20,000 bases of DNA from Toensbergia leucococca (Eukaryota): positions 49,888-69,887 of the forward strand of contig JALDZS010000134.1 in the NCBI GenBank assembly GCA_022813965.1, written 5' to 3'. Positions 10,443 through 20,000 of this stretch are shown here, one piece after another. Under the pieces are notes generated by a model. It made no database searches. It saw only the letters and a list, made by a program, of their open reading frames with translations, and was not told where the DNA came from. The number at the start of each line of letters is the position of its first letter. The first letter of the stretch is position 1. A program made the position numbers and the translations under genes.

Positions 10443-11511
10443 CCCAAGCACTCAGTCAAACAATCTAGCAATTTATGTCATGCAGTACTCACACATGTGT
10501 CGTTCGGATGATTGCCCGGGTCTTGCATCAGTCGGTATTTCCAAGCCAGTAGTAAGCATGCATGACAGGTGGAACGACCCATGGCCTTTGATGCCTGTAT
10601 GTACTACAAGACTACGTGCTTGTGGCCGTGGGTAGTACGGCGCGGGGCGATAAACCTAGCCGCTGCCTAGGACATTTATCACAATTCACAATCGCCGATA
10701 TCCCCATTCCCTTCGCCTCGCATCCAATGTCCGCTTAGAGTAGTCGGAGACATCGAAGGATCGCATCTAGATAACAGTGTCATTTGCATATATCTGACCA
10801 ATACCTCGTACACAGATACTCTAGGCTTAATCCCTATCTTCCCTACGTAGGAAAACTGTACCCTTGTCGCCTCACCTCGTCTCTATTGCTTCTTTTTGAT
10901 CAATATTACATTTCTGCCATATCGGAATCCCCATGACTCTTAATGCTGCTGTTACCTGATAAAATACAAAACATACTTTCCGTATCGGCAAGCTAGTTCT
11001 CTCAGTCGGAGCATGAAAGGGTCACCGTACATTAAATTCTACATTGAATCATATCGTCACACCACTTCCATCGACACTCTGAGAAGCATGATCATCATTT
11101 AAGCTGAAAACATGAGGAAGAATCAAAAATCAATGCCAAGAGTCCTTGAACTAATCGCCTTGGTCATGAACGCACGTGAAGTTGTGGTGCTTGCAGCCAT
11201 GTGCTGCATGTACCTATGTCAATATCCTGTATCCCTTGCCTCTCTCACGCCCAATATTGCTTCCTTCACCTTCTATGCTTTCTTTCTTGATGTTTTTCTT
11301 AATGTCTTTCTGCCACCGTACGAGGTTCGGTAAGCCCTACGAACCCAAAACACGTTCAAAAAGATCAACATGGTTAGACTACAAGACACTCTTCCAAGAT
11401 GGCCTATGAACCGTAAGTATAGGGGTGGGACATGCTTGCAAGACATCACTGCGCCCCTTCCCATCTCTCAGCACGAGCATTCTGTCTGCTTTGCTTATCT
11501 CTGTCCCGAAA

Positions 11512-13466
11512 ATGTCCCGATACATGTCTTTCTCTCTACCACCTGGTGGGATTCAGCCTAATCAAGAAGCATTCGTACACCGATGCTCAGATGAGATACT
11601 GGGAATTATTTTTCAACTCCTTCCGCTAGGCAACCTAAATGCTGCGCGTTTCGCTTGTCAAAGATGGTGGAAGCAGATCATGACTAACCCAGTGGTACTA
11701 TCATCTGTCATGGCGGAAAAGATCTTCATGCCTTTGCACTTGAGCATTGATAGAGATAAGGCTCTTGAACACCTGACAAGGAAACTTGATATTCACATAA
11801 AGCCTGACATGGCATATCGGCGTCTGCATTTGTGGCATATACAATACCAGCAATCCAACCTTGACTTTCACTTGCCGGGGACCGTGGACCGTACTAGGCC
11901 CGATCCAGCGGCTTCACCTTGGGTCTTCGACGCCGTAGCCTGCTGCAACAAAGGCCCCTCCATGGCTTTTCTACTCCGGGACTCAACTAGCGGCTTGGTT
12001 CCCCCATGCTACACAATTCGCATCTATAGCTGCCAATGGTCATCTCGACCTCGACTTACTGGCTCTTATCGTTGTCTCGTGGATGGCGACAATCTACGTA
12101 TCATTGATGCAAACGAGCTCCACCGTGTGGGCGTGTGTAATGCTCAATTCGAATTAGGGGATAGTACTTTTTTTTTCTACCAGCTTAGCCTTTAACCTAG
12201 GCACCACGGGTCTCCCGAGCATGCAGAAAGGGTGTTCCTTGATGGGCAATGAAATAAAATGCCTATCCATGCTTGCCGCACAAGTGCTCACAGAAAACAG
12301 CACCAATTCATGGGAGCTGCTCTCGGATTTGCAAATTGAAGTCATTGTAAGTAGTCCTTCCAGGTTGACTAGCTAGTTACTTATCCGTTTGACAGTCATA
12401 CTCACATGCTCTCGGATGTCGCAGGATCTGCGACAAGGTCAGAAGTGTTCACTTAGCCAAACGAACGGACTCAACAGATCTCTTCATTCTTACAATCACA
12501 CGGAACATCCACGACTGGCTACTCTTCGGTCGTATGGTCGACAGACAGGAGTACCCCTCCGCTGAGCCTATCGCTCAATTGTTACCACCCGTCATCGGCT
12601 GGGTCTACAGAAACTTTACAGCAACGTATATCGCAAGATGGACACTTATCCGCATCACCGTCATTTGGCAAGACACCTCCTCCCTTGACAACGACCGTCC
12701 CATCCTCTTCTGCTACGACATCGTGCCAAAGATCAGAGTGCCCCAAAGATCCCCAGCACCATTTTCAAGCATACTATTCCTGCTTCACATCTCACTACAT
12801 CACCGCTCCTTACCAAGACTAGTCTCTTCATCCACACCTCTCCTTCCAACCTTCAGACCTGCCCTTATCCAAGGCAAGCGCATCTCCTCACTCCCTACCC
12901 ATACAGGCGGCCTCCACCCCTCCAGCTCCATCTGGCAACACCGCCACCCCAGCCCAACACTGGCCCTCTATAAAATCCATACCGCCCTCGGCGGCCTTCG
13001 CTTGTTCCCAAACCACCCCTTAGAGTCCTCCAAACGTAGGAGCATTCGCGACCTTCAGCAAAGAATCCTTGTTTGGGGCCCCGAAAGCATCGCTCCAACA
13101 TCACAAATCTCAGTCATCAGCTTCGATTTTGCAGCCAGCTTCTCCAAAGCTCCGGACGACAACGACATTCCTCACGTGGTAGACTGCAGGTGCGCGCTGC
13201 ATGATCTCGGATTTTGCGTCACACTCCCAGAAAAAGATCGAAGTCCACGTTTTTTGTTCTCGCCGCTGCCCGATGGGACTCTCCGGACTTGGCTCTGGAC
13301 AAATGCGATTTCTTTCATCAAACGGCTTTTTATATCTAGACCGGCGTCGCCACTGGTAAAGGAGTACGATACTGACACTCGGAAAGTGGCGCTGTTGATG
13401 AAGTCACCGATTCTGCGATATATGTGGAATGCTCGAATCTTACTCTTTCCGGAAAAAGGGAGGTAA
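11512..13466 (+). pseudogene. F-box domain protein gene interrupted by an apparent +1 frameshift at T9 (12168-12176); one intron 12347-12395
   Basis: F-box-like segment VHRCSDEILGIIFQLLPLGNLNAARFACQRWWKQI. The first frame stops at 12193-12195. The +1 frame is open from the T run to a GTAAGT donor at 12347, and splicing to CAG at 12395 runs in frame into the 310-aa ORF 12534-13466. Confidence 0.65.
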
Positions 13467-13480
13467 GTTACTTAGATTAA

Positions 13481-13730
13481 GGCGGCTGATACACTGACAC
13501 CCCTCCCTGATACATTGACACATATCTGTTGAAGACACGATGTATCATACAATCAACACGCTCAATTTGAGAAGAGTAAACAGAATTTGTTTCATTCATC
13601 CTCGAAAAAACATGTCTCTTCAGAAGTAGGTTTGTGTTGTATAAAGAGAAATGTTTTTTGAGCATCGAACATGTTTTCTTCAAATAGGGGCGTTATGTAT
13701 CAAAAAAGGGGTGTCAGCATATCAGTGGCC
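13481..13730 (+). mobile_element. Putative MITE (non-autonomous DNA transposon), copy 1, 250 bp, imperfect TIRs of ~35 bp
   Basis: Left end GGCGGCTGATACACTGACACCCCTCCCTGATACAT versus reverse complement of right end GGCCACTGATATGCTGACACCCCTTTTTTGATACAT. AT-rich non-coding interior, with a related copy at 15475-15709. Confidence 0.75.
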
Positions 13731-15474
13731 TCGAAAAAACCCCGAGTCGAAATCTAAAGCATAAACCTAGTAAGGAATGATGGCCAACCGTAATGGGGCC
13801 AGCCACCTTTGTAACACAATCCATCATCACGCCACTCCCATCACCACTCTCCCCAGGAAAAACACCCCTTGCAATCGCATCTCCATCACCTCTCCCGCCA
13901 TCGGCTCAAACCCCAGAATCTCCCATCATCTGCCCAAGCAACCCTTGCTGTCGTCTCAAATCCCACAATAGCACGCCAATTCCCCCCAGCGACCTAAAAA
14001 ACCCACGCCAAGTCCGTATACGAATCACCCTCCCACCGCTCCTGAAACCCCGAACACGCCCGCCTTCCTCGGCCCACACCGTCGCATCCCCCTCCCTATA
14101 CCCCCACTCCCTCTCGACACCACCACACCCTCCACCCTCACGAAGCTAGTCAATCCAAACACTCTCGCCTATCGTAAAAGACATCTCCAATCGCCTCACA
14201 CACTCAACCCATACCACTCGCACCATCTGCGCCCTTTTTCACCACGCCCACCTCTTCTCCGAACTCGCTCACGACGTTGACTCTTTCCTGGTTTCACTGA
14301 CCCCATTGCGACCACTTGCCGAGTCTCCGCGCCCCATGTAAAATGCATCATCGGTATCATCCTGTCGGAATACGTCGTTTTGACATTCTCTTTCAAGACC
14401 AGGCCTTTTTGGAATCTGATTCCGAGCCTGTCTTGGTTTCAGGAACTTTAGTAACTTCTTTGACTTCTTTTAACCTCATCATTAGTTTCATCATTTTGAT
14501 CCAGATTGCTAGGTCCGGCTTTGGAGTCTTTTTGTTAGGCTTCCTCATGGTTGGTAGCTTCTTCGCTTTGAGGGGGGTTTGATGGCCTGAAATCAGGGGC
14601 TTAGGACTGGGGTGTTCGGGTCGCGTTGGCTGTTGGAGTCTGGAGTCTTGGTCTGAGTGATTGGGGTTCTGGATTTGGGATGGTGACGGTGATGGGGACG
14701 GATGAGTTGAGTGAGATACTAGTTTAAAAAAATAATCCCTAAACTTGAATGATTGTGCAAATATATATGTACTCTGAAGGGGAGTGTAATCTGTAACGAG
14801 CGAGTTGAGAGACAAATTAAGATCAAGAAATGTTTTGCAAGGATACCTAGGCCACACTGCATCTGGTAGGCGCTGAGATGCTGCAAATTAACCCGTACTA
14901 CCTCATAGAGAAGGAGTTTCTGAGCGCAATGGCTGAATCAAAGAAAACGAGTAGATTGATGGTGGAATATGGGACCCATGTAGTCATCTATCAAATCCGA
15001 GTCTTGTAAAGACATTTGCCATGACACTGAAGCTTGTCGTACTTATAGTTAAACAAAGGCTTGAGGTCATCTCATTCAAGAGCATCATCCACAGTCTTCG
15101 CTGTGGCCATCACAGAATTCACCATTAATGAAACCAAGCAAAGCTTTAACATTCTTACCTGTTTCGGTCATAGTTGTTCAAGCTTCAATTGTTCAAAAAG
15201 TTCTTTCGCTCCAAAAATCTCGTCGTCCATATTGGAGCGAACAATCATGGTGCATGGGAACACTGAAAGGACTCATCGAGGCCCTTCGTCAGACCAGTCG
15301 CCAATATGGTTTTGTTGTGATACCGAATTACTCCATTCTGGCTAGATTATATAAGATCTCATTGCCATAAGCTTCATTGCCTGTAGTGTTTCAAGGCAGA
15401 GTTCATCAAGATGATCCAATGCTCTTCAATTGTTAAGCCAAGTTCTGGGGACATGCTGAGTTGATAGTGATATA

Positions 15475-15709
15475 GGGTGGTGATACACTGACACCCCTTT
15501 CTGAAGAAATCATTCTTCATTCTAAGAACATGTGCTCTGCTTCAGAAAAACATGTTTCTTTACAACAGAAAAACGGGAGCCCACGGAGCATGAATGAAAT
15601 ATGCATTATTCAGAAAAAAAAAACACGCATGCTTCTCTCAAACGGAGTGTCATGTTCTCTTGAGAAAGGTGTGAATGTATCAAAAAGCGGTGTCAGTAGG
15701 CCAGTAGTC
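15475..15709 (-). mobile_element. Putative MITE, copy 2, 235 bp, inverted relative to copy 1
   Basis: Left end GGGTGGTGATACACTGACACCCCTTT; right end ATGTATCAAAAAGCGGTGTCAGTAGGCCAGTAGTC. Interior blocks (GAGCATGAATGAAA, TCTCAAACGGAGTGT, GTGTGAATGTATCA) match the reverse complement of copy 1 (GAGGATGAATGAAA, TCTCAAATTGAGCGT, GTGTCAATGTATCA). Flanked by ATA on both sides. Confidence 0.7.
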
Positions 15710-16122
15710 ATATTATGACAATGAATTACAAGATAAATCAATCAATGAAAGCACAGTAGGACTATAGAGACGAGGGAAGCAATTATGGAGTCCCACCAGC
15801 CATTCAGCGAAGAATTAGTGCACAAAGTAATCATACGTTGAGGGACCTAGTGCATCACGAGTCCTGTGAGTTGGAAACTTACATATCTAGTAGGAAACTG
15901 TAATCTTAGTGTAGGACTCTGCTTATCTTACTGTAGGTAAGGCAGGAGGTAGAGTAAGATAGTCTTCTAGAAGACTAGAAGCCGTTTTTACATTGCGAAG
16001 GCTAGTAGGTAGTGCCACTTTACACTTTCAGTCTCTGGGAATTAATTCATTCAGGAAACATCCTTCTAGATGACCCGATTTCGGGGGACGCTGATTCTAA
16101 TATGATGTATACACATTGAGGG

Positions 16123-16405
16123 CTGGAGATATGATGGAGACTTCTGAATCGTCTTCGGAAATAGGGATCAAAAGTTGCGATGGTGCTGCTGCCTGCCATG
16201 CTATTTGATTAGGGTTGACGATGTGAAGACCTAACCTTGTAATGTCGTATTGTGCAGATGACGTACCGAGGTTAGACGGTAGAATAGACCGGCACTACCG
16301 GCCTCGCGATAGTCGGTGGGGTCAATCCCTGTCAAATTGCGGGGTGGCTTCTCGTCTAATCACCCCTACCACTTAGATGGACCTCGTCCGCAAATCATCG
16401 TGGAG
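16123..16405 (+). promoter_or_regulatory. Cluster of CreA/Mig1-type SYGGRG motifs upstream of the sugar transporter
   Basis: CTGGAG 16123, GTGGGG 16316, GCGGGG 16339 (preceded by AT-rich AAATT) and GTGGAG 16400. The motif is short and degenerate, so some hits are expected by chance. Confidence 0.4.
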
Positions 16406-16415
16406 CAAAGCACAA

Positions 16416-16451
16416 CCACTACCACTCTTACCACTCCCACCACTCCCACCA
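16416..16451 (+). repeat. Short imperfect tandem repeat of ACCACT(CCC/CTT)
   Basis: accact-accactctt-accactccc-accactccc-accat. Confidence 0.5.
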
Positions 16452-16703
16452 TATCTTCGGTCAACGCGCCTGCAACATGTGCCGATGCAAGCTACCTCGA
16501 GAAATCATGGCCATGGCCCCGTTTCTGCGTGCTGCATACTGCCGCTGGGCTGCCTTCCATGTCGCGCCTGAGAGGACCTTCTCCTCTAAATCCCACCTTT
16601 GTGATATCGACAGACTTATTTCCATGAAGCTGTCTTGCCATCCTTTTCTGCCTTTTACAACCTTTGTGATTGGATAGAAGTCACTGAAGGTACTTCTGTA
16701 GTC

Positions 16704-18685
16704 ATGGCTCCTCCAAAATTCATGGGCCTCACGGGCAGGCCCCTGTCTCTGGCTGTCTCTACAGTAGCGACAACAGGTAATATGCTCTTGTCAGAATAGC
16801 ACTGTGCCATCTAATAGAGTCGCATAGGTTTTGTGCTCTTTGGATATGATCAAGGTCAGGCATGAAAAGCTCGCGACTAGACCCAACGAGACTGAACATT
16901 TGCTGTAGGCGTAATGTCTGGTATCATCACTGCCCCTGCATTCAACAACCTCTTCACAGCTACCAAAAATAACTCTACTATGCAAGGCTTTGTAACTGCT
17001 ATTTATGAGATTGGTATGAGCTTCAATTCTCCTGTCTTCTTAAACTTTCGACGCTGATGAGGTATAGGCTGTCTTTTTGGCGCTATATTCATCCTCTTGT
17101 TCGGAGACTACCTAGGTCGTCGGCGTGCCATGATGATGGGAGGAGCTACCATGATTGTCGGCGTCATCATCCAAGTGACTTCCGAGCCCTCGTCCACGCC
17201 ATTGGCTCAATTCATCTTTGGAAGGATTATCACCGGCGTTGGAAATGGCATAAATACGTCTACAATCCCGACTTATCAAGGTATTTTTGATATTGGCGAC
17301 AACAATTCCGTATGCCAGTTTTGAGGCTAACAAGAAAATTACGATCAGCCGAATGTAGCCGTACGACGAATCGTGGTCTATTGATCTGTATTGAAGGAGG
17401 CGTCATTGCTTTTGGCACTCTGATTGCATATTGGATCGACTACGGTGCTTCATACGGCTCCCCAGATCTCAGCTGGAGATTCCCAATTGCTGTCCAAATC
17501 ATCTTTGGATTAGTCGTTTGTATTGGTATGATATGGTTACCTGAGTCCCCTCGATGGCTACTCACTCGAGAGCGTTACGAAGAAGGAGAAATCGTCATTG
17601 CTGCACTCCGAGGACTAGAGCGAGATGATAAGGAAACGCAGCTGCAAAAGAGCATCATCTTGGAAAGTATTCGAGCATCTGGCTACGCCAACAGAAGAGG
17701 CACTCCTATCAAAGCCTTGTTCACCAATGGCAAGACGCAGCACTTTCAACGGATGATGTTAGGTGTAAGCTCGCAGTTTATGCAGCAAGTCGGTGGCTGC
17801 AATGCTGTGATTTACTATTTTCCTATCCTTTTTGAGCAGAGTATTAAGCAAACGCATAATATCTCTTTACTCTTGGGGGGAGTCAACATGATCGTCTACG
17901 CTATATTTGCAACAGTCAGCTGGTTCATCATTGAGCGCGCTGGTAGAAGAAAGTTGTTCCTCTGGGGAACCGTCGGTCAAGGACTTTCCATGGTCCTAAC
18001 ATTTAGCTGCCTCATTCCTGGTACCCCTGGCGCAGCGAAAGGCGCGGCTGTTGGACTTTTCACATACATTGCTTCTTTCGGAGCCACTTGGCTGCCTCTC
18101 CCTTGGGTAATTAGACCCCTACCAGATCATTGCTTTGTATTTGCTGACCATTCATCCCAGCTATACCCCGCCGAAATCAACCCTATCAAGACACGCGCCA
18201 AAGCAAACGCAATGAGCACCTGCTCCAATTGGCTATTCAACTTCCTCATTGTAATGATCACACCAATCATGATAGATAGAAGTACGAACCCTCCTACATC
18301 AATCCCCACCCATTCTCCAAAAACCCTCATCCACTGATACTTTCTCCCTCCAATAGTTGGCTGGGGTACCTACCTCTTCTTCGCCGTCGTAAACGCCTGC
18401 TTCCTCCCTGTAATCTACTTCTGGTACCCGGAAACCGCCCAGCGCAGCCTAGAAGAAATCGACATCATTTTCGCCAAGGGCTATTGCGAGAAAATCGGCT
18501 ACGTCAAAGCGGCCCAAGATCTGCCCTTCCTCAGCGACGAGGAGGTGGAGACCAAGGCACTCGAGTATGGCCTGATTGATGAAGCGAGCGGGACTTTTGG
18601 CGGGGAGAAGGTTTTTGTGGATCAGGGTGGTGTAAGGCATGATGAGAAGGGGCTGGAGGCCGGGCTGGGCGCTGGGATTCCATAG
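16704..18685 (+). CDS. STL1: MFS sugar porter, STL1-like (glycerol/polyol/sugar:H+ symporter), 541 aa. Exons 16704-16776, 16828-16854, 16909-17013, 17068-17280, 17349-18106, 18161-18281, 18357-18685
   Basis: Motifs GFVLFGYDQGVMSGII, GDYLGRRR, GRIITGVGNGINTSTIPTYQAEC, LPESPRWL, SQFMQQVGGCNAVIYY, ERAGRRKL, WLYPAEINP and YPETAQRSLEEID. Six GT-AG introns; exons total 1626 nt ending in TAG. Confidence 0.93.
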
Positions 18686-19019
18686 TGAGAAGATTATTTA
18701 AACGCTGGGTGTAGAGACTGGGCAATTGTAAGGGTCCACTTATGTAATTCCCTTTCGGCAGCAGTAATAGACTTACACTTCAGACTTACCAATACTTCAC
18801 AAGCGTCTATCCCGAAATGATCCCGCCCTAAGCTCCCGTCTTGAAAATAACCACCTATCTCTTAGTCTCCCTAGAGACTCAAGTATTGGTGGTTTGGTCT
18901 GAATTGCAAAAATTTATATCCCTGCTGCTGAAGAGTAGGCGTAGGTAGTAGGTGAACCAAAATCCAGACTTGAAAATTTTATGGAAAGATGAAGAGAAGG
19001 GTACCGTTCCCTCTTGACA

Positions 19020-19470
19020 AAAATTCTTTCACTGAGTATTTTTTTTTTCCTACCCCCCATCCCACCACCACCACCACCATGCTTAACAAACGAGGGGCGC
19101 GGTTTGTAAACGTTAAGATTCTCAACTTTTAATAATTCATGATTTAGATAATTCTTTTTTTTTCTTTTTCAGAGAGGGAAAGGGGAGACAAAGGAAATCT
19201 TTTGATTTTATTATTTTTTGGGGGGGGGAAAATAAAAAAAACCGGGGGGGTCTTGAGGGGTTTTTTGGTGCTTCGGATGGCCCCTGTTGTGAAATGAGGA
19301 ATGAAAAGATAATGGCGCAGTTGTGTACAATATTTGTAGGTAATTGATGGTCTGATCACAAAGGCACATATGGACTTTTTTTTTCTTTTAAGGGAGGGGG
19401 GGAGGGGTTCGTGAGGCAGTTTTTGTGGTTTCTTTTGCGGTGGGGGTAAAAGAAATGAAAAGCTCACTCG
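19020..19470. other. Low-complexity homopolymer-rich tract (T and G runs, (CCA)n) between convergent gene ends
   Basis: Multiple T and G runs, CCA repeats near 19062-19079 and GGGAGGGGGGGAGGGG at 19392-19407. Confidence 0.6.
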
Positions 19471-19766
19471 CACACCGCGATGGGTGTTAGGTGAAGTGTC
19501 AGACCCGTAGCTTGAAGGGACGCGTGTATTCGAGCTCCGCCTCCATTTTTATTCGAGCGTGGGCAGGGGGGGTTTTGAGAGGGTCTTGGTATGCTAATGT
19601 GACTGATCTTGATGGTTGCCGTATCCTTTTGTTGGATCTTGTAAGACATGATTATAGCTCCCAGGGGGCGTTCCTGCTCTTTCTTTAGGCACACTCCATG
19701 CCCATTTCAGTGGTTATCTACTGGATTTACAGTGTTGGTACTTGTTCCTCGGATCGTCGATATGAA

Positions 19767-19784
19767 TCTCTCTCTCTCTCTCTC
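19767..19784 (+). repeat. (TC)9 microsatellite
   Basis: tctctctctctctctctc at 19767-19784. Confidence 0.9.
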
Positions 19785-19820
19785 GTAGCTGTTGTCACAT
19801 GATATCCTTTTTATTCTTTG

Positions 19821-20000
19821 TCACGGTTTCACCCCTTGATGTTTCTGTTTCCAGCCTCGAACTCCGAAGATCACTGCGACGATAACCCCGACGCTTGGAA
19901 TGACGACGCCAATGACGATTTCGTCAGTCGTGCTTAGATTGTTGTTGCCACCGTTGTTGGTAGGAACATTGGTGTTCGTGGAAGATTGGGTGGATGAGGG
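19821..20000 (-). CDS. 3' end (partial, runs off window) of a Ser/Thr/Asn-rich single-pass membrane protein
   Basis: Minus frame from 20000 reads PSSTQSSTNTNVPTNNGGNNNLSTTDEIVIGVVIPSVGVIVAVIFGVRGWKQKHQGVKP*, i.e. a low-complexity stalk, a hydrophobic helix and a short basic tail. Not in the ORF track because the start lies outside the window. Confidence 0.7.
   Translation of the reverse strand, partial: PSSTQSSTNTNVPTNNGGNNNLSTTDEIVIGVVIPSVGVIVAVIFGVRGWKQKHQGVKP

Noticed and set aside
9617..11464. Numerous 60-110 aa ORFs in the divergent intergenic region, including possible uORFs
   Set aside because: Mostly non-ATG starts, overlapping on both strands, with no motifs; consistent with chance.
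13777..14149. Pro-rich plus-strand ORFs as further F-box gene exons
   Set aside because: Openness is explained by C-rich, stop-poor composition, and the nearest acceptors after donor 13463 lead to early stops.
16684..16701. Acceptor-like sequence (CTGAA..CTGTAG) just before the transporter ATG, suggesting a 5' UTR intron
   Set aside because: No convincing donor identified upstream; cannot be supported without transcript data.
1..20000. Secondary-metabolite cluster, CRISPR array, tRNA/rRNA or autonomous transposon
   Set aside because: No PKS/NRPS/terpene core, no regular repeat-spacer array, no recognisable structural RNA, and no transposase or reverse transcriptase ORF seen.

Overview
Eukaryotic, intron-containing DNA from a filamentous ascomycete (Pezizomycotina-type short GT-AG introns with CTRAY-like branch sites). 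The left end (66-3511) is a compact housekeeping block: a molybdopterin-binding/CinA-like (FPY1-type) protein head-to-head with a glia maturation factor (GMF/AIM7) gene, followed by a convergent YMR226C/YdfG-type short-chain dehydrogenase. The middle is gene-sparse and looks more accessory. It holds an intronless uncharacterised protein with an F-box-like helix, a ~1.2-kb A/C-skewed tract, a 373-aa protein with three copies of an unusual Cys6-His motif, an F-box gene interrupted by a frameshift at a T9 run, and two diverged, oppositely oriented copies of a ~240-bp TIR-bearing MITE bracketing 1.75 kb of decayed sequence. The right end has a 7-exon STL1-like MFS sugar/polyol transporter with CreA-like sites upstream and the 3' end of a Ser/Thr-rich single-pass membrane protein. 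Three abrupt C-rich to G-rich strand-skew switches occur near 8.5, 14.4 and 18.5 kb. All exon structures were built by hand from splice consensus and reading-frame continuity; no database searches were run.
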